This document shows positions 28,919 to 37,347 of a stretch of DNA of 64,000 bases, one piece after another. The stretch is from assembly GCA_036826295.1 (NCBI GenBank), contig DAISWO010000001.1, positions 157,652 to 221,651 of the forward strand, read 5' to 3'. The position numbers were made by a program, and so were the translations under genes. Positions within the stretch are counted from its first letter, which is position 1. Every line of letters starts with the position of its first letter. The DNA is from Candidatus Saccharimonadota bacterium (GTDB taxonomy: Bacteria; Patescibacteriota; Saccharimonadia; Saccharimonadales; JAGQNJ01). Under the pieces are notes generated by a model. It did not search any database. It was given only the letters and a program-made list of their open reading frames with translations, and was not told where the DNA came from.

Positions 28919-28974
28919 TAATCCACTGACCTGTCCGTCCTGTCTGGCCAGACAGGCGGGGCTACCGGGGCTTA
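28919..28974 (-). repeat. copy of the 5' flank plus nt 1-23 of tRNA-Arg, interrupted after nt 11 by a 31-nt palindromic insert
   Basis: taagccccggtagc[cccgcctgtctggccagacaggacggacagg]tcagtggatta compared with the intact taagccccggtagctcagtggatta. Confidence 0.85.
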
Positions 28975-29055
28975 TACTCAATATAATACCCTATAACTTC
29001 AGTTGGTAATAAGCGATAGTTTGATATAATAAAAGTGTTCAATAAAAAAACAAAC

Positions 29056-31278
29056 ATGAAAAAACAGATTAATCCAATTGTCGCTCTATTTTTTATAGTT
29101 ATTTCATCTATTTTATTGGGGTTCGGCATCTTTCTTGGCTATTCTGGTGTCACAACTGATCCCGGTGTTCAGATTAGTAATCCAAAGTCATATGTGGAGT
29201 CGTTTTTTCAAGGAATTTATAGATCTCCAGAGCTTGCTATCCCAGTAAAAAAAGCCGAGCAAGGTAAATCTAGCAAGCCTGAACAAACTCTTGTTACAGT
29301 TAATAATCAGACAGATTTGAACTCGTTTTTAGAAGCTAACGGCCTCGACGAGTCTGACATTCAGAAATCTAACGCTCTGCCTAATACATACATCGTCAAC
29401 ATTTCAAAGAATGAGCTCAATTCAGATAATGTAAGCCTTGCAGACCGCAAAAAGTACACATCGCTGTATGATTTTTCTACTCAGGACGTAATTTATCCTC
29501 AGTGGTATACCACTGCAATTCGGGCTGATGATATTTGGTCAGAAACTATCGGCAGCGTATCTACTACCGTTGCGGTAATAGATACAGGTTTTGCTCTAGA
29601 GCATGAAGACTTAATCGGACGATGGGCTGACGGGGGGTACGATTTTTACAATAATGACTCTGATCCATCAGCCGGAACCACAAGTGTTAATGGTTCAAGT
29701 GTGTCTCACGGTACGATGGTAGCAGGTTTGGTTGGCGCCACGGGGGATAACGGCGTTGGAGTGGCCAGTGTTAATTGGAGAACCAAGCTTTTGCCACTTC
29801 AGGCTCTTAGCGATAATGGTTCGGGCTGGACCGATGATGTCGCCGCCGCAGTCAACTATGCCGTGATTCAAGGAGCTGATGTTATTAATTTGAGTTTAGG
29901 TTCTAGCGGATCAGATCCAATACTAAAAGAAGCCATTGATAATGCTGTTGATGCTGGAGTGACTGTTGTCGCCGCTGCTGGCAACTGTGGCGCCAATAAC
30001 TTTGCATACCAAGGTTGCTCGCATCAAGGGGAGGTGTTGTATCCAGGCGCGCATTCTAACGTTATTGCCGTCGGTGCCACTGACAGTTCAAACAATAGAG
30101 CAGACTTTAGTAGTTATGGCGCAAGCGTTGATGTTGTAGCTCCGGGCTATGGGGCCATAAGGAGTACTATGTGGACAAATAGCAATAGAACCTCCGGTTA
30201 TAACAGCGTTTTGGCGGGAACGTCATTTGCGTCGCCTATTGTCGCTGGTGTTGCAGCTCTAAAAGTTGGCCAAGAACCAAGTATTACGCCTGACGAGGTT
30301 AGAAGCCAGCTTATTTCATCGGCAAATAAGGTGAATGCGATGGGTAATAAGTTTTTTTCAAATTATTATGGTTATGGACTGATCGATACTTATAAGTTGT
30401 TTCATCAGAATTCTTGTATTAATGATGTAGATTCCCCTAGCGGTGATGGCCAGCAAATTATAGCCGAAAAACACAATGCTAAGAATCCTACAACAATGTG
30501 GCATGTTCAACGGAATAACACCGATTCTCACTGCGAAGAAATAAGTCGGTGGAACGCCAACTATAATCAATGGGAGCATAAGGCTGTGACGAACGTGCCG
30601 ACACTTGATTCGGATGCAGAAAAAATGCTTTTCGCGGACACTAACGGCGACGGAGCAAGTGAACTAATACGGATCAAATATAACGACCCTTCAGGTAAAG
30701 TTGTTTTAAATTTCTGGGACGACACACTACAAGTATGGGCAAGACAGATAACTACAAATCTCAGCATTGCAAACATGTCATATGGTGATATTCAGGCAGC
30801 TGATACAAACGGCAACGGTAAAGACGAACTATTCTTCATAAAGTATAATCACACTAGTTCTGGCAAAGTTATGTTTTATCGATGGGATTCGTCTAGTTAT
30901 CAATCGTGGAACAAAAAAACAAAATCAAGGCTAGGTTCAATTAGTCGTTCGAAGGGGACTATCATACCAGCCGACTTTAATGGGGATAAAATCGATCGGT
31001 TTATATTTGTTCAGTATCAGGGGACAAGATCTGATAGAGTTGAAATTCGAGCTTTTTCTGGAAACTTACAGCAATGGACAAAAACAACTACTACGAATTT
31101 AAAAACGAGCTCAGCAAAAAATAATCTTGTTATAACTACCGATGTTAACGGTAATCGTAAGGATGAGCTAAATTTCGTAAAACGACAATCTACAGAAAAT
31201 AAAGTTATCATCTATCGTTGGAGATCAGACTTTAAGCAATGGACAGAAAAGAACGTAACTAATCTAACAGAGTTTTAG
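29056..31278 (+). CDS. membrane-anchored subtilisin-like serine protease (S8) with C-terminal FG-GAP/VCBS-like repeats
   Basis: Catalytic triad contexts VAVIDTGF (D), HGTMVAG (H), GTSFASPIVAG (S). Four ~48-aa repeats of the form D.NG[DN]..(D/E)....Y...V...W...W. The ORF also allows GTG 29035. Confidence 0.85.
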   Translation: MKKQINPIVALFFIVISSILLGFGIFLGYSGVTTDPGVQISNPKSYVESFFQGIYRSPELAIPVKKAEQGKSSKPEQTLVTVNNQTDLNSFLEANGLDESDIQKSNALPNTYIVNISKNELNSDNVSLADRKKYTSLYDFSTQDVIYPQWYTTAIRADDIWSETIGSVSTTVAVIDTGFALEHEDLIGRWADGGYDFYNNDSDPSAGTTSVNGSSVSHGTMVAGLVGATGDNGVGVASVNWRTKLLPLQALSDNGSGWTDDVAAAVNYAVIQGADVINLSLGSSGSDPILKEAIDNAVDAGVTVVAAAGNCGANNFAYQGCSHQGEVLYPGAHSNVIAVGATDSSNNRADFSSYGASVDVVAPGYGAIRSTMWTNSNRTSGYNSVLAGTSFASPIVAGVAALKVGQEPSITPDEVRSQLISSANKVNAMGNKFFSNYYGYGLIDTYKLFHQNSCINDVDSPSGDGQQIIAEKHNAKNPTTMWHVQRNNTDSHCEEISRWNANYNQWEHKAVTNVPTLDSDAEKMLFADTNGDGASELIRIKYNDPSGKVVLNFWDDTLQVWARQITTNLSIANMSYGDIQAADTNGNGKDELFFIKYNHTSSGKVMFYRWDSSSYQSWNKKTKSRLGSISRSKGTIIPADFNGDKIDRFIFVQYQGTRSDRVEIRAFSGNLQQWTKTTTTNLKTSSAKNNLVITTDVNGNRKDELNFVKRQSTENKVIIYRWRSDFKQWTEKNVTNLTEF

Positions 31279-31307
31279 GGCAAATATTGCTGTAGAATAA
31301 GGTTAAT

Positions 31308-31868
31308 ATGGCGAAGAAACCAAAAGACAAGCAGAATAAACCCGAGAAACAATTCGATGATCAATTTGACGATGAAGAAGTCTTATTTGTTTTTCGAAAA
31401 CACCCCGTTGTTATGCGTAAAGGATTGATTTTCTCGATGCTCGCAATACTTGCTGGTACGATCCCTTCACTCATCAAGCCCGAAATGTCATATTTTTTCT
31501 TGGGCCTAGCAGGTGGATTTGCTATTGGATTTTTGATTTTTATGCCTTATTGGATCTCGTGGTACTACAGTGTGTATATTGTTACCGATCAACGGCTAAT
31601 TCAGATATCTCGAAAGGGTTTGTTTAGTAAAACTGTCGTAGACATGAGCTTAAATCAAATACAGTCAATGAATTACTCTGTAACCGGATTACAGGAAACA
31701 CTGCTTAAGTTTGGTACAATAGTTATACAAACATATATAGGAGATCTAGTAATTCACGACGTACATCACCCCGAACATGTTCAGAAAACACTCGCCACAA
31801 TCCTAAGAGATCAAGGTATATCGACCAAGAATTTTATTCAGAATAACGAAGAAGAGGAACAGAAGTAG
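31308..31868 (+). CDS. membrane-flanked bacterial PH domain protein (YdbS/bPH_2-like)
   Basis: Two TM helices followed by YIVTDQRLIQISRKGLFSKTVVDMSLNQIQ...FGTIVIQT. Confidence 0.6.
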   Translation: MAKKPKDKQNKPEKQFDDQFDDEEVLFVFRKHPVVMRKGLIFSMLAILAGTIPSLIKPEMSYFFLGLAGGFAIGFLIFMPYWISWYYSVYIVTDQRLIQISRKGLFSKTVVDMSLNQIQSMNYSVTGLQETLLKFGTIVIQTYIGDLVIHDVHHPEHVQKTLATILRDQGISTKNFIQNNEEEEQK

Positions 31869-31869
31869 T

Positions 31870-32934
31870 ATGAAAAAATACCTAAAAAATATAAAGAAAA
31901 AATCTACCGATTACAAAGCGGCAAAGGCGCGGGATAACGAGCCGCCTAAAACGGTGCCGGTAATTTCTAACAAAACGGTACCAGAGCATCGCGATGAAGT
32001 ACTATCATCTGCTAGAAAATTCATTTATCCTCTGCAACACTCCAAGCATCGGATTGTTGTTATTTCAATTAGTATATTGATAACTGCGATTGTCTTCTTT
32101 TTTACATACTGCGTAGTAGCGTTGTATTCATTACAATCAACTTCAACTTTTATTTATAAAGTAACTCAGATATTTCCTTTCCCGATCGCTAGGGTTGGAA
32201 GGGATTTTGTATCTTATGAGAACTATTTGTTTGAATTAAGACGTTATAAACATTACTACGATAGTCAACAAAAAGTTGACTTCAACACGGAGTCCGGAAG
32301 GCAACAATTAGCTGAGTACCAGAAGCGCGCTTTAGAGAAAGTTATCGACTTTAGTTACGTGAAAGAACTAGCAAAAGATAATGATATTTCTATATCCAGC
32401 AATGAAGTTGATGAACAAATAAAATTGTTGAAAGATCAAAATAGACTGGGAAATGGCGAGCAAGTATTTGAGGATGTACTGAAGGATTACTTTGGATGGT
32501 CAGTCCCAGAATTTCGCAGGTATTTAGAACAAGAAATGCTCACTCAAAAAGTTGTCGCAACACTCGATAAAGAGACGCAAGAAAAGGCAAATAAAGCATA
32601 TCAAGAGCTCCAAGACGGAAAAAGCTTCGCCAAAGTAGCAAAACAGTATTCGGACGACCTGTCTACCAAGAATAGTGGCGGTGAAATAGGCTTCACAATT
32701 AGTAGACAGAGCAAAGATTTAACACCTCAAGCCACAAACATCCTCTTTCAGTTAAAAAAAGGTGAGTTTTCTAAGGTGATTAATACTGGCTATAGCCTAG
32801 AGATCTTTAAACTTGATACTAAGAGTGGCGACAAGGTAAATGGTTCACATATTTTGTTCAACTTCAAAGACATTAATGAATATATTAATGATCTAAAAGA
32901 AAAAAAACCGGCTAAAACCTATGTGACTTTCTAA
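31870..32934 (+). CDS. membrane-anchored parvulin-type peptidyl-prolyl isomerase (PrsA/SurA-like foldase)
   Basis: N-terminal TM, SurA-like helical region, and PpiC domain (FAKVAKQYSDD...SGGEIGF...GSHILF). Confidence 0.75.
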   Translation: MKKYLKNIKKKSTDYKAAKARDNEPPKTVPVISNKTVPEHRDEVLSSARKFIYPLQHSKHRIVVISISILITAIVFFFTYCVVALYSLQSTSTFIYKVTQIFPFPIARVGRDFVSYENYLFELRRYKHYYDSQQKVDFNTESGRQQLAEYQKRALEKVIDFSYVKELAKDNDISISSNEVDEQIKLLKDQNRLGNGEQVFEDVLKDYFGWSVPEFRRYLEQEMLTQKVVATLDKETQEKANKAYQELQDGKSFAKVAKQYSDDLSTKNSGGEIGFTISRQSKDLTPQATNILFQLKKGEFSKVINTGYSLEIFKLDTKSGDKVNGSHILFNFKDINEYINDLKEKKPAKTYVTF

Positions 32935-32981
32935 TATCTTCTGCCTAATGAATCTTCGACGTCAAACAATAAGTAAGTATA

Positions 32982-33731
32982 ATGATTGTTATGTTTAAAA
33001 AAGTCCTTGTGGCGGTTATAGTTCTTGGCGTATTTTTTGCGATTGGTTCAGCAACCTATGCCCAGACTTCCAGCTCGCCCAACTATCAGATCGAAGAGAG
33101 TTTTATAGGCCCTGGAGGTGAACTAGAGAGTAGCTCTCCAAACTTTCGGACTGCACCGGGTGGGCAGTCAATAGGTAATTCTGGCGGGGTAGGAGACAGT
33201 GAATCATCGCCTAATTATCGCACTCAGTCTGGAGCTACTACCACTAGTGACCCGTCATTGGCCTGTATTACAAATACCTCTTCTTTAGACTTTGGAGCCT
33301 TATCTAGTTCTGTAGTTTCTACGGCAACAGCTACTTTCAGTGTTCTTAACTACACTTCTTATGGGTACATAGTACAGGTAATTGGTGCTCCACCCGCAAG
33401 CGGTGCTCATACATTAACAAATTTGACAGCCAATGCCGCGTCAGCCCCTGGGACTGAGCAGTTTGGAATAAATCTTGCAGATAACACCACGCCAAATATT
33501 GGTTTAAATCCTGTACAGAACCCAGATAATACGTTCTCTTTTGGTGAAGCGGCCCCGAATTATGATTCTCCGGATAGTTTTCGTTATAATAACGGCGAAA
33601 CTGTCGCTAGATCTGTTAAAACATCTGGCGAAACCAACTACACCATGTCGTATATAATTAATGTTGCTACGACTACTCCCGGCGGGAGCTATTCAGGTAA
33701 TCAAACTTTGGTTTGTACAGGCACATATTGA
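32982..33731 (+). CDS. secreted beta-rich subunit-like protein A (249 aa), paralogous in its C-terminal half to the next gene
   Basis: Signal peptide ...SATYA|QT. Three SSPN[YF][QR] repeats. Shares motifs EQFGINLADNTTPNIG and SYIINV...PGGSY...LVCTGTY-COOH with the next gene. The true start is probably ATG 32991. Confidence 0.7.
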   Translation: MIVMFKKVLVAVIVLGVFFAIGSATYAQTSSSPNYQIEESFIGPGGELESSSPNFRTAPGGQSIGNSGGVGDSESSPNYRTQSGATTTSDPSLACITNTSSLDFGALSSSVVSTATATFSVLNYTSYGYIVQVIGAPPASGAHTLTNLTANAASAPGTEQFGINLADNTTPNIGLNPVQNPDNTFSFGEAAPNYDSPDSFRYNNGETVARSVKTSGETNYTMSYIINVATTTPGGSYSGNQTLVCTGTY

Positions 33732-33799
33732 TCATCTTGTTTGTCTGAGGATAGCTCTTATGCTACAATCTAACCCATAATATCAGAGGCAAAAATAAA

Positions 33800-34882
33800 G
33801 TGACCCAAAAGAACAAAAATTACCTAACTATAAAAGAATTTTCACTTAGAACGCGAAATATATTCGTAGCAATTGTATTTAGTCTTTCCGTATTCATATC
33901 GCTGTCGCCCGCAAATGTGCTTGCTGCCCAGATCACTTCTAGGAAAGTTACTCTTTCAAATTCTGGGGGGGCTGCAACAGGGGTTACTTATACCTTTAAC
34001 TTTACAGTACCTACAGCAACTGTTCTGAAGTCTTTTCAAGCACAGATTTGTACTACTGCCTCTGGCGCATGTACAACACCTGTTGGTTGGTCAGGCGCAG
34101 CATCAGATCTTGCGGCACAACCAACTAACTATGGCGATGCTTCTGGTTGGACTGATGCCAGCACAGCTTCTGCACTACGCATGACTAAAACCACTAACTC
34201 AGCTGCTCCTACTGGCTCACAAACAGTAGCCTTCAACGGGACAGTCAACCCAACTGCGAATAATACTACGTTCTTTGCCCGTATTACCACGTATTCAGAC
34301 GATGCTTACACAACAGCGGTAGACTCTGGTGTTGTAGCTGCTAGTACATCGCAGCAGATAACACTTACAGGAACTATCGATGAAACCTTAACTTTCTGTA
34401 CGGGCACTTCGATAACAGGTACGAATTGCGGTACCGTAGCTGGTTCGTCAGTAAACTTTGGTAGTTTTTCTAGTACATCAACTAGTAGTGGCACTTCTGT
34501 CATGGCAGCCTCTACAAATGCTGATGGCGGATACTCCATAACTGTTAACGGAACAACACTCACATCTGGAGGAGACACCATATCTGCATTGGCAGCTCAG
34601 ACAGCATCGTCGATAGGAAGTGAACAGTTTGGCTTGAACCTAAAAGACAATACTACTCCTAACGTTGGAGCAGAAGTATCTGGTACTGGTTCCGGTGCGG
34701 CTACGGCAAACTATGGAACAGCCGATCAGTTTCGTTTTGTTACAGGCGACTCAATTTCGAGTGCAGCCGGCAACACTGACGCAAATACATTTACCGCTAG
34801 TTATATTGTTAACGTGGGTGGCTCGACGGAACCGGGTACCTACACGGCTATAATGACTTATATTTGTACGGCAACCTTCTAG
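33800..34882 (+). CDS. secreted beta-rich subunit-like protein B (360 aa), paralogue of protein A
   Basis: GTG start, signal/anchor ...PANVLA|AQ, then EQFGLNLKDNTTPNVG and SYIVNV...PGTY...YICTATF-COOH. Confidence 0.7.
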   Translation: MTQKNKNYLTIKEFSLRTRNIFVAIVFSLSVFISLSPANVLAAQITSRKVTLSNSGGAATGVTYTFNFTVPTATVLKSFQAQICTTASGACTTPVGWSGAASDLAAQPTNYGDASGWTDASTASALRMTKTTNSAAPTGSQTVAFNGTVNPTANNTTFFARITTYSDDAYTTAVDSGVVAASTSQQITLTGTIDETLTFCTGTSITGTNCGTVAGSSVNFGSFSSTSTSSGTSVMAASTNADGGYSITVNGTTLTSGGDTISALAAQTASSIGSEQFGLNLKDNTTPNVGAEVSGTGSGAATANYGTADQFRFVTGDSISSAAGNTDANTFTASYIVNVGGSTEPGTYTAIMTYICTATF

Positions 34883-34925
34883 AGTTTTTGCTATACTTAT
34901 TATAGTCTTAGAATGAAAATCAATC

Positions 34926-35882
34926 ATGGGGAGCAGTATGATTCGAAGGTTTAGCGCAGTTATTCTAGTTTTTACATTATTTGTGATAGCTCCACTTGTA
35001 AAAGCCCAATCTAATCAAGGTCAGGGCTTAGAGATTTCACCTCCACTTGTAGAACTTAAAACTGATCCCGGAAAAACTGTTCAGGCAAAAATTAGAATTA
35101 GAAATGTCACTAACCAAACTCTTGTTGTAAGGTCGGAGGTCAACGATTTTACTGCAGCAGGCGAAGACGGTCAACCAAGATTGTTACTAGATGGGACAGA
35201 AAAATCTCCATATTCGTTAAAAGAGTGGATTACTACCATTCCTGAAGTTACTTTAAAGTCTAAAGAGCAAAAGCCAGCCATAATTACTTTGCAGGTTCCT
35301 AATTATGCTAGTCCGGGAGGACATTATGGCGTGGTTAGATTTACCGGCACCCCAGCAGGGGTAGAAGGTACTGGAGTTTCGTTGTCGGCAAGCATTGGTG
35401 CGTTAATTTTGGTAAATGTTTCTGGCGACGTTAAGGAAGAAGCTACAATTGCAGAGATTTTTACCGCTCAAGACAACAAAAAACGAGGTTTTTTTGAATA
35501 CGGTCCCATTACTCTTTTTCAGCGCATAGAAAATACAGGTAATGTTCACGTTAAACCTTCTGGGACTATCAGAGTTATCAATATGTTCGGTCAGGAAACA
35601 GCTAGCTTCAGTCTGAACGATAATGGCGGCAACATTTTGCCTTCGAGTGTCAGGAAGTTCGAACAGCAGCTGAATCAAAAAATGCTTTTCGGCCGTTATA
35701 AATTACAGGCTGATGTTGTTTACGGTGAAGATAACAAGATAATTAGTGGCTCCACAACTTTCTGGGTAATTCCATACAAGCTTATAATCATGGCATTGGC
35801 CGGTATTATCTTAATTTTCTTTGTAATAAAGCGATACAATAAAATTATTGTAAAAAGAGCCCAATCTAAAGCTAAGAAGTAA
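34926..35882 (+). CDS. exported Ig-like/chaperone-like protein with C-terminal TM anchor and basic tail (318 aa)
   Basis: Signal peptide ...LVKA|QS, beta-sandwich-type pattern GLEISPPLVELKTDPGKTVQAKIRIRNVTNQTLVV, and C-terminal TM LIIMALAGIILIFFVI followed by KRYNKIIVKRAQSKAKK. Confidence 0.65.
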   Translation: MGSSMIRRFSAVILVFTLFVIAPLVKAQSNQGQGLEISPPLVELKTDPGKTVQAKIRIRNVTNQTLVVRSEVNDFTAAGEDGQPRLLLDGTEKSPYSLKEWITTIPEVTLKSKEQKPAIITLQVPNYASPGGHYGVVRFTGTPAGVEGTGVSLSASIGALILVNVSGDVKEEATIAEIFTAQDNKKRGFFEYGPITLFQRIENTGNVHVKPSGTIRVINMFGQETASFSLNDNGGNILPSSVRKFEQQLNQKMLFGRYKLQADVVYGEDNKIISGSTTFWVIPYKLIIMALAGIILIFFVIKRYNKIIVKRAQSKAKK

Positions 35883-37084
35883 TGACTTTAAAACTAGATC
35901 CCAATAAGAGACAACAGCGTAAGCAAAAGCGAGCTGAGCATATAGTAAGGTCGGTCGAGACAGCAAGGTCATATCAAAAGCCTATAAAATCTCGCATTAA
36001 AATTAGTCATAATCGTCACACTGGCAAAAAATTGCCTATTCACTGTACTTCATATGCCGCACTTTTTTTCATTTTGGTTTTTACAGGACTAGTTACTTTG
36101 TTTATCTCGCAGCAAAGTGTTACCGCAGGACCACCTATATCTGAAAGTAGCGCCGTTACAGTTTCTGGTGTTGTTCCAACGGATCCGCCAACGAGCGCAG
36201 CGTCAATTAGTAGCCCAGCCAATGGTACAAATTTTTCCAGCGGAATTATAAATGTATCTGGACGTTGTGTTAGTGGCCTACTAGTAGAAATTTATCGCGA
36301 CAATTCATTCGCTGGATCACAGATTTGTGATTCCAATGGTGAATACCTGATAAAAATAACTTTAATTAGCGGAAAAAACATATTGGTCGCTAAGATTAGC
36401 GATTCCCTCGGTCAATACGGCCCTGACTCGGATAACGTAATTGTTTATTTTAACGAAAGCATCCCACAAAGCGACGACTCGATAACTGTGATTCCGGGTA
36501 CATCATCGTCGAATCCTGTAGTACCCTTGCTGGTTTCTGCCAATCCAGTGCAAAGAGGGACTTTCCCTAAGCAATTGATGAAGTTGGAGTACGAAGTTGA
36601 AGGAGGCGTTGCGCCATATGCAATGTCAATTGATTGGGGAGATGGCTCTGACCCTACCGTTAGACCACATAAAAAAAGTGGGGACTTTAGTTCTAGCTAC
36701 ATATATCAAAAGGCAGGACAGTACACTATAAGACTGTCTGCAACTGACAGCGCCAAGAACAAAGCATTTACCCAAACTATTGCTATTGTGAATGGGATAC
36801 CTGAACCGCTAAGCACAAATGTGTTTGATTTTGCGTCCGCAGTTTGTGTGGAGCAGCAGGGGCTTTCGGGCATCGGACAGCTAAATAATTCAAATCCAGC
36901 TATTTATTTTGGATTATCTGTAACCGATATCTTTGGCAATGGTCAGTCGATAGCCTGTAAAATTATTCAGAATTCAAATATAATTTGGCCGATGTTTGTT
37001 GTTGCTAGTACTATGACAATTAGCTTTTGGTTGGGCGAAAGAATTGTTTTGCATCGCTACAAGACAATAATAAAGTCTAACTAA
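35882..37084 (+). CDS. bitopic (N- and C-terminal TM) protein with Ig-like and PKD domains
   Basis: TAATG overlap with the upstream gene. PKD-type signature SIDWGDGS...YIYQKAGQYTIRLSATDSAKN. Confidence 0.65.
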   Translation: MTLKLDPNKRQQRKQKRAEHIVRSVETARSYQKPIKSRIKISHNRHTGKKLPIHCTSYAALFFILVFTGLVTLFISQQSVTAGPPISESSAVTVSGVVPTDPPTSAASISSPANGTNFSSGIINVSGRCVSGLLVEIYRDNSFAGSQICDSNGEYLIKITLISGKNILVAKISDSLGQYGPDSDNVIVYFNESIPQSDDSITVIPGTSSSNPVVPLLVSANPVQRGTFPKQLMKLEYEVEGGVAPYAMSIDWGDGSDPTVRPHKKSGDFSSSYIYQKAGQYTIRLSATDSAKNKAFTQTIAIVNGIPEPLSTNVFDFASAVCVEQQGLSGIGQLNNSNPAIYFGLSVTDIFGNGQSIACKIIQNSNIIWPMFVVASTMTISFWLGERIVLHRYKTIIKSN

Positions 37085-37347
37085 GGTTGTGGATAAGTTT
37101 TAGGAAATTTATAATTGTTGTTTTAGTCACAACATATAGTATCTCAATTCGCTTCATGCCAGGAGAGACACTCCGTTATATCCAGATACCAATATTTAAA
37201 CATTGTAATGAATACTACGAATATCTTATACTTAATTCATTTTTGGAACTCAAATATTCTAACAATTCTCTAATCTATTATTGTTATGTTTAGATTGAAT
37301 TCTAATCTGTTAATCCGTATAATTTAGTACATATCAACAAATCAAAA

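Noticed and set aside
37088-37096. Perfect DnaA box TGTGGATAA upstream of the giant gene.
   Set aside because: It is a single isolated 9-mer in an AT-rich promoter region, which is expected by chance in 64 kb.
37087-37293. A 68-aa ORF in the giant-gene upstream region.
   Set aside because: It is an AT-rich low-complexity frame (Ile/Tyr/Leu/Asn) with no SD. It is more likely the promoter or leader region.
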